Positions 40,391 to 50,622 of a stretch of DNA of 64,000 nt are shown in pieces. The notes below the pieces were generated by a model, which saw only the letters and a list, made by a program, of their open reading frames with translations, was not told the DNA's origin and did no database searches. A program made the translations under genes and the position numbers. Each line of letters starts with the position of its first letter. Positions within the stretch are counted from its first letter, which is position 1. Origin of the DNA: Nitrosopumilus sp. (GTDB lineage: Archaea > Thermoproteota > Nitrososphaeria > Nitrososphaerales > Nitrosopumilaceae); assembly GCA_965205675.1 (NCBI GenBank), contig OZ242186.1:1504001-1568000 (forward strand). The letters are read 5' to 3'.

Positions 40391-42490
40391 TTGTATTTAC
40401 CAGCAACGTTAATTTTTATTTTTTGTGTTCTAATCTTTATTCCCGTACATTCTGAATCAATAACTCCTCCTTCCCATAAGACAATGTCAGGCACATTCCA
40501 CGATTATAAGATCTCTTTAATGTTTAATGATGGAATGGTGCAAGGAACCATAAACAATAGTGATAAGATAATCAATCTAGATGACATCAAAATAATAGAT
40601 AGGCATGATAGATTTTATATTTTTGACAAAGATAACAATCTAAAGATTTTCTCAAAACAACTAGGGAATACCGACAAATATTTAGTTTTAGTAAAGATAT
40701 ATCCAGATACCAAACTTAGATTCATTACAGAAACAAACGAGTCAAAGAAGAATTTAGATCAGCGTAATTTACTTGATGCAATGAATCAAAAACAATCACA
40801 GTCAGAAGAAATAGAATCAGAAAAATCATTCAAAGAACAACAGTTACAAAAAAAACACAATAAACTAGAACGGCAATTAGAGAAATTACAAAACAATTCA
40901 CAACAAACAACTAAACAAGAAAAACAAGTTCTAAACTCTGAAAAAACAAAAGAGCAAATTATTGCAGATTTTGAAAGATCAAAGAGAATCACAGGAATGA
41001 CTTTGGTTGAAAATAAAGATACCGAAACAACTACAACAAGCAAAAGAGAAACAGCAACTGTACCAGATAAGGCAATTGAATTATTCTTATCTGTTCCACA
41101 TAATGTTCTATGGGAAAATGAGTTGAGATATACCATACTAGTCACTGATGGTAGCGGACACAGATACAATTTAGATTATGGAGATTATACTGGCAATGAG
41201 ATTGAAGATGCAAACATTACTGGACAAATAACAGATCCATCAGGTGAAATATTGCAAAATTTTAATGGTACTACTAATTCACAAGGAACCTACTTTAACA
41301 AATTCATTATCCCTGATCGGAGTACAACTATAGGAGAATATACAGTATCAGTTCAGGTAGCAAATACCTTCAAAGATGGAACAGTTGTAGAATCCGATGC
41401 CAGTGAGACATTCTTTGTGTTTGGTGGGATAGATACAACCGGAGATGTTGCAGGACCTGAATTTGTTTCTGCTGCATTTGATGCCAACACCGGAGTTTTA
41501 AATATTACATTTAATGAGACCGTACGCAACACTGACTCTTCTCCTGTGGATCTCTCAAAGCTGTTCCTTAGTGCACCAGGCACTGAGAATCAAGTGTCCC
41601 TTGCAGATGCAACAGTTGATACTGAAGGCAACTCTGTCACACTATCTATCACCCTAACTGAAGAACAGAGAATATCAACACTTGGCAACTCTCTTACACC
41701 ACAGCTAGACATTGCAGAAGATGCAGTAAGTGATTTTGTAGGAAACGGCATTGCAGCATCAGAGGACAATGTGATAACTACAACTGGAGATACTGCCAGT
41801 CCTGAATTCCATTCTGCTGCATTTGATGCCAACACCGGAGTCTTGGATATTACATTTAATGAGACCGTACGCAACACTGACTCTTCTCCTGTGGATCTCT
41901 CAAAGCTGTTCCTTAGTGCACCAGGCACTGAGAATCAAGTGTCCCTTGCAGATGCAACAGTTGATACTGAAGGCAACTCTGTCACACTATCTATCACCCT
42001 AACTGAAGAACAGAGAATATCAACACTTGGCAACTCTCTTACACCACAGCTAGACATTGCAGAAGATGCAGTAAGTGATTTTGTAGGAAACGGCATTGCA
42101 GCATCAGAGGACAATGTGATAACTACAACTGGAGATACTACTGACCCTAAATTTGTTTCTGCTGCATTTGATGCCAACACCGGAGTTTTAAATATTACAT
42201 TTAATGAGACCGTACGCAACACTGACTCTTCTCCTGTGGATCTCTCAAAGCTGTTCCTTAGTGCACCAGACACTGAGAATCAGGTGCCCCTTGCAGGTGC
42301 AACAGTTGATACTGAAGGCAACTCTGTCACACTATCTATCACCCTAACTGAAGAACAGAAAATGTCAACACCTGGCAACTCTGGGACTCCACAGCTAGAC
42401 ATTGCAGAAGATGCAGTAAGTGATTTTGTAGGAAACGGCATTGCAGCATCAGAGAACAATGCGATAACTACAACTGAACCCCCTGTATAA
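40391..42490 (+). CDS. Secreted/surface protein with an MG2-like domain and three 115-aa beta-rich repeats
   Basis: Signal peptide, Gln/Lys coiled coil, ITDPSG...GEYTVSV, repeats beginning PEFVSAAFDANTGVLNITFNETV. Confidence 0.85.
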   Translation: MYLPATLIFIFCVLIFIPVHSESITPPSHKTMSGTFHDYKISLMFNDGMVQGTINNSDKIINLDDIKIIDRHDRFYIFDKDNNLKIFSKQLGNTDKYLVLVKIYPDTKLRFITETNESKKNLDQRNLLDAMNQKQSQSEEIESEKSFKEQQLQKKHNKLERQLEKLQNNSQQTTKQEKQVLNSEKTKEQIIADFERSKRITGMTLVENKDTETTTTSKRETATVPDKAIELFLSVPHNVLWENELRYTILVTDGSGHRYNLDYGDYTGNEIEDANITGQITDPSGEILQNFNGTTNSQGTYFNKFIIPDRSTTIGEYTVSVQVANTFKDGTVVESDASETFFVFGGIDTTGDVAGPEFVSAAFDANTGVLNITFNETVRNTDSSPVDLSKLFLSAPGTENQVSLADATVDTEGNSVTLSITLTEEQRISTLGNSLTPQLDIAEDAVSDFVGNGIAASEDNVITTTGDTASPEFHSAAFDANTGVLDITFNETVRNTDSSPVDLSKLFLSAPGTENQVSLADATVDTEGNSVTLSITLTEEQRISTLGNSLTPQLDIAEDAVSDFVGNGIAASEDNVITTTGDTTDPKFVSAAFDANTGVLNITFNETVRNTDSSPVDLSKLFLSAPDTENQVPLAGATVDTEGNSVTLSITLTEEQKMSTPGNSGTPQLDIAEDAVSDFVGNGIAASENNAITTTEPPV
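41456..42475 (+). repeat. Three near-identical 345-bp intragenic tandem repeats
   Basis: Unit starts at 41456, 41801, 42146. Confidence 0.95.
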
Positions 42491-43677
42491 TTAGAACAAT
42501 TTTACAACATTGCATAAATTCATTCACAGCAAGATCCAGAGCTAAGAACAATAACTCCATTTCATGTTAACACACAAGCAACTCTCAAAAAAGCCAAGAT
42601 CATTTCTCTCTTTTACTGGAGTGACCAAGCAGCACTTTGATGTGATTCTAAGAGACGTCAGAAAGAATCATCGTATCACAGAACAAAAGAGACGGTCTCA
42701 AAGACAGAGAAAAAGAGACATCGGAGCTGTGGGAGAAAGTTTGGTTTGAGTCTTGAAGACTAGCTTGTAATGTTGCTTGTTTACTATCGACTATACCTGA
42801 CATGTGAGTTGACAGAGTATTTGTTTGGATTGGACCCAGGGCAACGTCTACAGAAACATCAAATTTAGAGCCTGCAGTAAGAAAGTCAATTCCGATTCCT
42901 GCAAAACTATACTCTGATTCTAAAAAAATAAATGATGTACCGCAACTCCAACTGTTCTTTCCTAGATTAATTGCAATGACTGATGGTACAGAACAGTCAA
43001 TCCCAAGACCCCAGAACAAAAAGAAAAGATCCACTATTCAGGCAAAAAGAAAAAACATACGGTAAAAAACCAAACACCGTAAACCAGAAAGGTGAGATAA
43101 TCCAAATCTCCACATTTTCCAGATAACATGATTATGCGATACTAGACGTCTTGCGTAATTATTTCTAGGCGTGAATTTTGCTGCAGGATTTTTCAAATTG
43201 GTTGAGAAATTTGAATTTTCAGGTATGAATTCTGTTAAAATACAAAATTTGAGAAAAAATCTCTATAATTACGCAAGAGGTCTACTGAAAATCAGACATC
43301 CAGAATTGCCCGAAAATGTAATGATATTTTATGACCTTGGATATTTGGGAGTGGAAAAAGACTTTCCAAAGCATACAAGTATTCTACCATACAAGAAAAA
43401 GAAAGGAAAAAAACTGACCATCACTCAAAAAGAATGGAATAAACTGCAATCCAGAATCAGAATTAAAGTGGAGCACATCATCTCTTAAATCAAAATTTCA
43501 GAATTAATTCAGAGACATTCAGGAACAGATTGTATGATGGAATAAGTGATCATATGTGGAATTGTCAACTTAGACAAGGCAGAAACAAGAGGTTGTTGTG
43601 ATTCTATAATGTCAGAAATTATTTGAAATTAAATTCGATGAAAGAAGAGGTTTTGTCTGCAATTACGCAAGAGGTCT
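42476..43677 (+). mobile_element. IS5/ISL2-group element, copy 3; degraded, carries a MITE
   Basis: Intact right TIR ending 43677; degenerate left TIR gaaccccctgtataattag; fragments MLTHKQLSKKP, DLGYLG. Confidence 0.85.
43144..43283. mobile_element. 140-bp MITE, copy 2
   Basis: TSD act; differs from copy 1 at about 2 positions. Confidence 0.92.
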
Positions 43678-43693
43678 AATAAAAAAAGAAAAT

Positions 43694-45076
43694 CTATTCG
43701 ACAAGAACGCTTCCAATCATCCATGGATGTAATTGGCAATAGTAATCATATTCTCCAGGTGTTTTGAAAGTATGTTCGAATATTGCACCACCAGACATAA
43801 AGTCACTATCAAATCCATTTCCACCAGGATAGTTAAGACCTATTGTTTCAGAATCAGGCCAACCTGCAGTTACAGTGTGAGGGATTGAACCATCAGAATT
43901 AATCCATGTCACAGTTGTTCCTGTATGAATTGTCAGACGTACTGGCGTATAGCATACATCATTTGTTTCACACCCTGGAACTCCTGCACCTATAGGCATA
44001 TCCACAGTATTTGGAGACAATTCTTTTACCACTACATCATCTACAGATACTAATGCGGCCATGGCAGACTCTTCTTCAATCACTTTATGAATTTCTTCCA
44101 AGACATGACTTGCTGAATCATTACCTGATTCATAGAGGTTAAGTTGAATACCAATAACGTCAATAAGATCAGATGTGATGTAGAGGTCAACAAAACCATT
44201 ATGTGCTTTTGTGATTCTATCTAGTGCTTCATCAGCTGAGATTTTATCCAACTCAAATTTGTGGATAATCTCATCTAGTGCACCTTGGTATTCAGGGTTT
44301 ACATTTTGTGGTTCAGCTGTCAAGTGAATTGCTTCAACTGCTTGAGCTCCTGATAGTTTACCCGAATCAATCAATGCAATCTTTCCTTCTACTGCCTCAA
44401 TTATGTCTGAGGTAATGTAGAGGTCAACAAAACCATTATGTGCTTTTGTGATTCTATCTAGTGCTTCATCAGCTGAGATTTTATCCAACTCAAATTTGTG
44501 GATAATCTCATCTAGTGCACCTTGGTATTCAGGGTTTACATTTTGTGGTTCAGCTGTCAAGTGAATTGCTTCAACTGCTTGAGCTCCTGATAGTTTACCC
44601 GAATCAATCAATGCAATCTTTCCTTCTACTGCCTCAATTATGTCTGAGGTAATGTAGAGGTCAACAAAACCATTATGTGCTTTTGTGATTCTATCTAGTG
44701 CTTCATCAGCTGAGATTTTATCCAACTCAAATTTGTGGATAATCTCATCTAGTTGTGCAGAGAATTCTTGATCAGCACTATGTGTAGAAGGTACAATTTT
44801 ACTTGCATCATTAGAATCAACACGATCATTAGAATAATCATCCATAGAGACACGGGAAGGACTAACAAAAGAGTTAAACCAATTTGCCTGATATGCTTCT
44901 TTTTTACCCGGATAATCAGAACACAACACCAATCCACAGATGTCAGTACTAGAGCCATATTGAGAAATCCTAGTTCCTTTGCTTTTTAGGGCATCAGCAC
45001 TTGAAAGAAAACTAGTTCCCAATACGCCAACAACTATGATCGACATCATGAATATTACCAGACTTGTGTTTGTCAT
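43694..45076 (-). CDS. Secreted blue-copper (cupredoxin) protein with internal 79-aa helical repeats
   Basis: Signal peptide; PHTVT ... YYCQLHPWM type-1 copper ligands. Confidence 0.9.
   Translation of the reverse strand: MTNTSLVIFMMSIIVVGVLGTSFLSSADALKSKGTRISQYGSSTDICGLVLCSDYPGKKEAYQANWFNSFVSPSRVSMDDYSNDRVDSNDASKIVPSTHSADQEFSAQLDEIIHKFELDKISADEALDRITKAHNGFVDLYITSDIIEAVEGKIALIDSGKLSGAQAVEAIHLTAEPQNVNPEYQGALDEIIHKFELDKISADEALDRITKAHNGFVDLYITSDIIEAVEGKIALIDSGKLSGAQAVEAIHLTAEPQNVNPEYQGALDEIIHKFELDKISADEALDRITKAHNGFVDLYITSDLIDVIGIQLNLYESGNDSASHVLEEIHKVIEEESAMAALVSVDDVVVKELSPNTVDMPIGAGVPGCETNDVCYTPVRLTIHTGTTVTWINSDGSIPHTVTAGWPDSETIGLNYPGGNGFDSDFMSGGAIFEHTFKTPGEYDYYCQLHPWMIGSVLVE
44178..44752 (-). 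repeat. About 2.4 identical 237-bp intragenic tandem repeats
   Basis: caccttggtattc at 44281 and 44518 (period 237). Confidence 0.92.
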
Positions 45077-45127
45077 CAGAATTTTTTGGATAAGATTTCC
45101 ATTTAAAGTATTGATTGAATCTATAGA

Positions 45128-45151
45128 GTTGTTCTATATTATGAGAACAAC
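45128..45151. promoter_or_regulatory. Inverted repeat just upstream of the cupredoxin gene's TATA-like box
   Basis: gttgttct-N8-agaacaac; tttaaa at 45102-45107. Confidence 0.4.
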
Positions 45152-45278
45152 ATCAGTTCAAACAAAACAGTAGAAGCAGATTATAATACAAGAGAAAGAA
45201 ATTACAGATCTAGGAAAAATTAAATTATTTTTTAGTTTTCATAATGCTTATAGCCAGTAAAAATTTCAAAAAAACAAG

Positions 45279-45470
45279 ATGAATATTCTAATAATGTTAG
45301 TAGTTGCAATGTTTATCATCACAGGCACATATGTAGGATATCATGCCTCACAGCAAACAGAGGATATCTCAGAAGGACACGATATTGTCATCGAATTGTA
45401 TATGCTAGAGACAGATACAGGAATAGCACAAATTCTTCAAAACATCGAACCTAAAAAATCTATAATATAA
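45279..45470 (+). CDS. Small protein with N-terminal TM/signal segment
   Basis: ORF track; hydrophobic N-terminus. Confidence 0.5.
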   Translation: MNILIMLVVAMFIITGTYVGYHASQQTEDISEGHDIVIELYMLETDTGIAQILQNIEPKKSII

Positions 45471-45519
45471 TCAACTGATTTTAGACTTGTATTAAATTAG
45501 GGAGATTTTTCAAAAAATC

Positions 45520-45729
45520 ATGACACTGTCAAATAAAGAAAAAATTATAGCAATAATTGCAAATGGGATAGCCGTTTTTTCATTATTACAAGAAAGAGAA
45601 GAATTGCCAGAAAATACAACAATGTATGATTTTGTACTAAAAGTCATTCCAGATAATATCAAATCAGAACTAAGTGTGGAATTGATAGATGAAGTATTTC
45701 AGTATGTTACATCCGCACATAGTTCATAA
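45520..45729 (+). CDS. Small hypothetical protein
   Basis: Clean 69-aa ORF directly upstream of purP. Confidence 0.7.
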   Translation: MTLSNKEKIIAIIANGIAVFSLLQEREELPENTTMYDFVLKVIPDNIKSELSVELIDEVFQYVTSAHSS

Positions 45730-45741
45730 AGTACAAAATAC

Positions 45742-46779
45742 TTGCAAAATTATATGACATCAGTTGCCACGTTAGGTTCTCACTGCTCACTACAGGTACT
45801 AAAAGGAGCAAAAGATGAGGGTTTGAAAACACTTCTAGTATGTGAAAAAAAACGTGAAAAATTATACAAACGATTTCCCTTTATTGATGAATTAATCATA
45901 GTTGATTCATTCAAAGAAGTGTTAGATCAAAGATGTCAATCAATCCTTGAAGAAAACAAAGCAGTGTTAATCCCACACGGCACACTTGTTGCACAAATGA
46001 GTTCAGAGGAAATTGAATCAATCAAAACACCAGTCTTTGGAAATAAATGGATTCTGAGATGGGAATCAGATAGAGAAATGAAAGAAAAACTAATGAGAGA
46101 AGCAAGACTCCCAATGCCAAAACCAGTTACAAATGCTAAAGATATTGAAAAATTATCAATTGTCAAAAGACAAGGAGCCGCAGGCGGAAAAGGATACTTT
46201 ATGGCAGCAAATGAAGAGGAATATAATTCAAAAAGAACCCAGTTAATTTCTGAAGGAGTCATTTCTAAAGAGGAAACTCTATACATTCAGGAATATGCCG
46301 CAGGGGTTTTAGCCTATTTGACATTTTTTTATTCACCATTAAAAGAAGAGTTAGAATTTTTTGGAGTTGATCAAAGACATGAGTCAGACATAGAAGGATT
46401 GGGAAGAATTCCTGCAGATCAGCAATTAAAATCAAACAAAATTCCATCATTTAACGTAATTGGAAATAGTCCCCTAGTTTTGCGAGAATCACTATTAGAT
46501 GAGGTCTATAAGATGGGAGAAAACTTTGTTGAGGCATCTAAAAGAGTTGTGAAACCAGGAATGAATGGACCATTTTGTATAGAAGGAGTATATGACGAGA
46601 ATGCAAAGTTTACTTCTTTTGAATTTTCAGCAAGAATTGTTGCAGGATCAAATATTTACATGGATGGTTCACCATATTACTCATTATTATTTAATGAAAC
46701 AATGAGTATGGGTAAAAGAATAGCAAGAGAAATTAAAACAGCAACAGAATTGAATCAGATAGATAGAATTACAACATAA
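45742..46779 (+). CDS. purP: 5-formaminoimidazole-4-carboxamide ribonucleotide synthetase family
   Basis: ATLGSHCSLQVLKGAKDEG, GGKGYF, FEFSARIVAG. Confidence 0.92.
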   Translation: MQNYMTSVATLGSHCSLQVLKGAKDEGLKTLLVCEKKREKLYKRFPFIDELIIVDSFKEVLDQRCQSILEENKAVLIPHGTLVAQMSSEEIESIKTPVFGNKWILRWESDREMKEKLMREARLPMPKPVTNAKDIEKLSIVKRQGAAGGKGYFMAANEEEYNSKRTQLISEGVISKEETLYIQEYAAGVLAYLTFFYSPLKEELEFFGVDQRHESDIEGLGRIPADQQLKSNKIPSFNVIGNSPLVLRESLLDEVYKMGENFVEASKRVVKPGMNGPFCIEGVYDENAKFTSFEFSARIVAGSNIYMDGSPYYSLLFNETMSMGKRIAREIKTATELNQIDRITT

Positions 46780-46788
46780 GAGTTTATT

Positions 46789-47604
46789 TTATTTTGTAGT
46801 AACTTCCATACCGTGTTGAGATTTTACAATATACTTGTCTCGAATTTTAACACTGACCCAATCAATAATCAGAACAGTAATCAAGACAACAATCATGAAC
46901 ATGGCTGCTTTTCCATATTCAAAGAATTTGATGTATTGAATGATAAAGAATCCAATTCCTCCAGCACCTACAATTCCAATAATACTAGTTTGACGTACAT
47001 TGTAATCAAACATGTAAAGCATTTGTCCAAGAAGATGTGAGGCAGATTCAGGAATTACAACATAACGAATTAATTGGAATTTGGAAACACCAATGGATCT
47101 TACAGCATCCATAGGATCTGAATCAATGGTCTCAATTGATTCGTATTGAAGTTTTGTTACAAATCCAACCGTATACATGATAATTGCCAAGATACCTGCA
47201 AAAGGGCCTAAACCGACCATAATCACAAACAAAAGAGCCCACAAAATAGAAGGAAAAGTACGCACAGCTGCCAATAATGCTCTAATTGGAGCATAAACTA
47301 ATTTGTTGTTCAGATTACGTGCAGCAAGCATGCTAAATGGCAATGCAATGACAACACCAATTACAGTTCCAATAAATGCCATCTGCAATGTCTCAAGCAT
47401 AGCCCAAAAAGCAGTTGGAATATATTTTAGATTATCAATAATATTTTCTAAAACAAGAATTTCTTCCAAGACAACAATAAGATTAGGAATACCTTCAGCA
47501 AAATCCAAAGGATTTGCATCTACATTATAGGATGTAATTACAACTAGTGCGACAATAATACCAATTATGATATTATTCTTTGGTGTCATTAGCATACCTC
47601 TCAA
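46789..47604 (-). CDS. phnE: Phosphonate/phosphite ABC transporter permease
   Basis: ETLQMAFIGT, FDYNVRQTSIIGIVGAGGIG. Confidence 0.9.
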   Translation of the reverse strand: MRGMLMTPKNNIIIGIIVALVVITSYNVDANPLDFAEGIPNLIVVLEEILVLENIIDNLKYIPTAFWAMLETLQMAFIGTVIGVVIALPFSMLAARNLNNKLVYAPIRALLAAVRTFPSILWALLFVIMVGLGPFAGILAIIMYTVGFVTKLQYESIETIDSDPMDAVRSIGVSKFQLIRYVVIPESASHLLGQMLYMFDYNVRQTSIIGIVGAGGIGFFIIQYIKFFEYGKAAMFMIVVLITVLIIDWVSVKIRDKYIVKSQHGMEVTTK

Positions 47605-48409
47605 TTATTTCATCAGCGTTAAGATCACCTGTTTGAAAATCTACTATGGTATCGCCTTCGACTCCAATCTCTAAAATTTTGTGACCTTCTTTAATTACAG
47701 CAACTCTGTTTGCATATTCTAATGCCAATTGCATATCATGATGCACCATAATTGCAGTGAGATTCATTCTTTTTTGAGCATCTGCAATTAAATTCATTAT
47801 TTCATGAGCAGTGACATGATCTAATTCTGAAACAATTTCATCAGCTAGTAATATTGTAGGCTTTTGCATTAATGCCCTAGCAATTGCAACCCTACGTTTT
47901 TCACCACCACTTAGCATATGGGTTTTTCTATCTTCTTTACCAGATAATCCAACAAGAGAAATCATTCTTTTAGCTTCTTGAATTTCATTTTCAGGGAATT
48001 TCTTAAACAGAGACTGTATTTTACTCAATCTAGGTAATGCACCCATCATAATATTTTCAAGAACATTGATATTTTTTACCAAACCAAGACTTTGTGGAAT
48101 ATAGCCAATGGTGTGCATCATTTTTTTAAATTTCTTATCATGCATGTTAGGTGTAACATAATCAATTTTGACAGTACCTTTACTTGGAATCATCATGCTG
48201 TTCATCAATTTTAATAGAGTGGATTTACCTGAACCAGATTGACCCACTATAGCATAGTTAGTGCCTCGGTCAATAGAGAGATTTATTTCCTCTAATGCAA
48301 AATTTTTAGAATCATAAGATGTCCATACATCACTCATTTGAATAATTTTATGTGTTGAAATTAATGAAAAAGGAAGGTTTTTGGTCATCTGAACTTGTTT
48401 TATATTCAA
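47573..48409 (-). CDS. phnC: Phosphonate ABC transporter ATP-binding protein
   Basis: GQSGSGKST, LSGGE, LLADE. Confidence 0.9.
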   Translation of the reverse strand: MNIKQVQMTKNLPFSLISTHKIIQMSDVWTSYDSKNFALEEINLSIDRGTNYAIVGQSGSGKSTLLKLMNSMMIPSKGTVKIDYVTPNMHDKKFKKMMHTIGYIPQSLGLVKNINVLENIMMGALPRLSKIQSLFKKFPENEIQEAKRMISLVGLSGKEDRKTHMLSGGEKRRVAIARALMQKPTILLADEIVSELDHVTAHEIMNLIADAQKRMNLTAIMVHHDMQLALEYANRVAVIKEGHKILEIGVEGDTIVDFQTGDLNADEIIERYANDTKE

Positions 48410-48420
48410 AATCCCGGGTT

Positions 48421-49509
48421 TTATTTGCTCTTGTCATATTTGTCAAGAATCTTTTGATCAATACCAGTTAAGGCATCAATGAATGTTCCAAATTCCCCTA
48501 TATGCATAGTAGTAGTTGTTGGGACTAGAGCTTCTGCACCGTACAAATCTTTCAAAATTTGATTGTGTTCATCATAATTCAATTCTACTAGTGCGTCAAC
48601 AAGGGCATTCTGAGTAGAGTCGGACATGTCAGAGCTTACCATAAACACGTGTGACGGAACAGGTCCAATGGTAGTAACTGGACGAAGTTTTACTTGATCT
48701 TCTAATTCAAGATATTTTTGTGGAGCAATATCTGAACCAAATGCAACATCTACTTTACCATCAAGAAGTAATTGTAATGCAGCTTTGTAGCCTCCAGCAA
48801 AAGTATAACTCTCAAAGTTATTTGCTAATGCATATTCCAAAGCAACAATATCATCACCTTCAATGTTTACATGACCATCAGTAACCAAAGTCCCCATAGG
48901 ACGGACAAAACCAGATGAGCCAGTAATACTAGTAAATGCTACTTTCTTCCCAACTGTGTCTTCCAATGAATTTATAGAATCATTGTCAGTTAATGCCCAG
49001 ACAGTTGCTTGATAGTTTACTTTACCTGCAACAAGTTCTGCCATTACAGCTTCTGCACCAGTTCTTTGATGAGCAATCCATGCAGGGCCAGTATCCATAA
49101 AGGCAGCATCAATGTGACCGAATCTCATTCCTTCGATAATAGTCTCATAATTTGTTGGAACAACAATTTCAACATCTATACCAAGTTCATTTTCAAGAAA
49201 TGTTTCCAATGCTTGAGCTTTGGGAGTTAATTCATCAGCTTTTTCAACTGGAATAAACCCAATAGTGAGAATATCTACATCCACAGTGTTTGATTTAGAT
49301 GAAACATCAATGACGCCATTTTCTATAAGGAATGTAATTCCATTTAGAAAAGTTTCATCATCTAAATCACCAGCAGCCCACCATCCGGCATTAGTTTTAA
49401 TCCAATCAGGAATTATACTCGCTGCTTGAGCACTTTGAGATAATGGTACAGACAAAGCACCAGCTACTGCAAAGGCAATAATTAGTGCCAAAGTTATTTG
49501 TCGTTTCAT
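48421..49509 (-). CDS. phnD: Phosphonate/phosphite ABC transporter substrate-binding protein
   Basis: LTIGFIPVE, NYETIIEGMRFGHID, VAFTSITGSSGFVRP. Confidence 0.9.
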   Translation of the reverse strand: MKRQITLALIIAFAVAGALSVPLSQSAQAASIIPDWIKTNAGWWAAGDLDDETFLNGITFLIENGVIDVSSKSNTVDVDILTIGFIPVEKADELTPKAQALETFLENELGIDVEIVVPTNYETIIEGMRFGHIDAAFMDTGPAWIAHQRTGAEAVMAELVAGKVNYQATVWALTDNDSINSLEDTVGKKVAFTSITGSSGFVRPMGTLVTDGHVNIEGDDIVALEYALANNFESYTFAGGYKAALQLLLDGKVDVAFGSDIAPQKYLELEDQVKLRPVTTIGPVPSHVFMVSSDMSDSTQNALVDALVELNYDEHNQILKDLYGAEALVPTTTTMHIGEFGTFIDALTGIDQKILDKYDKSK

Positions 49510-49630
49510 GATTTACAAGAAATTAGGATAAACTAAATTATTTAAATCAGTGCCTCATTACAAACTATTATTCTAAACATATAGAATAAAAAAAGATTAA
49601 GCGAGGTTAAATTTAGATTATCTCGATAGT

Positions 49631-49819
49631 TTATTCATTAATATCAAGAATTCTTTTTTCATGACAATGTTCACATACTAACCATTCAGGTTGATAATCA
49701 CTTTTCTTTTTACCTTTGTAAATAATTCTGTGATCAGATCCGCAGAATTCATTGTATTTGTTCATAAATAATTTAAAAAAATAAATTTTTGCATATAATG
49801 AATATAGGAAATGTATCAA
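49631..49819 (-). CDS. Small putative zinc-finger protein, possibly degraded
   Basis: FCG...WLVCEHC; true start probably MNKYNEFCG. Confidence 0.45.
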   Translation of the reverse strand: MIHFLYSLYAKIYFFKLFMNKYNEFCGSDHRIIYKGKKKSDYQPEWLVCEHCHEKRILDINE

Positions 49820-49858
49820 AAATGAAAAATAATCTGAAATGCAATTATTTTGTATTAA

Positions 49859-50221
49859 TTAACATTTAGCAGATTTGGGATTTATTGTGTTTGAATAAAG
49901 ATTCAAACTAGGTTCCAAGTCATCTAAAGTGATTTCAGCTTTGCTAATTCTACTTCGGTACAATTTGATTTTTTTTCCTTCTGAAGAAATCACATATTTA
50001 TCAACTTCAGCCAAAGCTAAATCTTCTAAAGTAGACAAGGTTTTATAAACAGTAGAAAGGGAGATTTTTAATTCATCAGCGATTTGTGTTGCATCTTTTG
50101 ATTGGTTTTTCACTGAAAAAAGAACAGATCTAGTACAAACATTACTAAGAGATTCAATAATTTTTTGAGCGATATCAAACTCAGATAATTGTATGATAGT
50201 AGGTTTTTGCATCAATATCAC
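49859..50221 (-). CDS. ArsR-like winged-helix regulator
   Basis: IADELKISLSTVYKTLSTLE, GKKIKLYRS. Confidence 0.88.
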   Translation of the reverse strand: MILMQKPTIIQLSEFDIAQKIIESLSNVCTRSVLFSVKNQSKDATQIADELKISLSTVYKTLSTLEDLALAEVDKYVISSEGKKIKLYRSRISKAEITLDDLEPSLNLYSNTINPKSAKC

Positions 50222-50551
50222 TTAGTTTGGAATTAATGTAAGAGTAGGTTCTGGTTTTTTAATAGAAATATCAGCTTTGCTAATTCTACTTCGATAGACT
50301 TTGTATTTTCTCCCCTTCTCAGATAAAAGCAGGTTTTCAACTTCAATCAGAGTTAATTCTTCAAGATCTGCTAATTTTTTATACACAGAGCTAAGAGGGA
50401 TTTTTAATTTGTCAGATAGTTCTGTTGCAGTATTGCCCTTTTTAATAATAGAAAATACTATAGATCTAGATTCAGAATCAGCTAATGCTTTGATTATTTT
50501 TTGAGCGATGTCATATTTTTTTAATTGCGGTAATGTTAATTTTCGAGGCAT
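50222..50551 (-). CDS. ArsR-like winged-helix regulator (tandem paralog)
   Basis: LSDKLKIPLSSVYKKLADLE, GRKYKVYRS. Confidence 0.88.
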   Translation of the reverse strand: MPRKLTLPQLKKYDIAQKIIKALADSESRSIVFSIIKKGNTATELSDKLKIPLSSVYKKLADLEELTLIEVENLLLSEKGRKYKVYRSRISKADISIKKPEPTLTLIPN

Positions 50552-50582
50552 GTAAATTTAGAAAATATTGTAGGCATATTTA

Positions 50583-50605
50583 AATGAGATGCAACTATTC
50601 TCATT
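50583..50605. promoter_or_regulatory. Putative operator palindrome upstream of the regulator pair
   Basis: aatgaga-N9-tctcatt next to a TATA-like tttaaa. Confidence 0.45.
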
Positions 50606-50622
50606 CTAGATAATCAGAACAA

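Noticed and set aside
41353-42273. Repeated minus-strand ORFs of 76-112 aa
   Set aside because: Shadows of the 345-bp repeats
43171-43488. 105-aa ORF as a novel gene
   Set aside because: Chance read-through from the MITE into a broken ISL2 transposase frame
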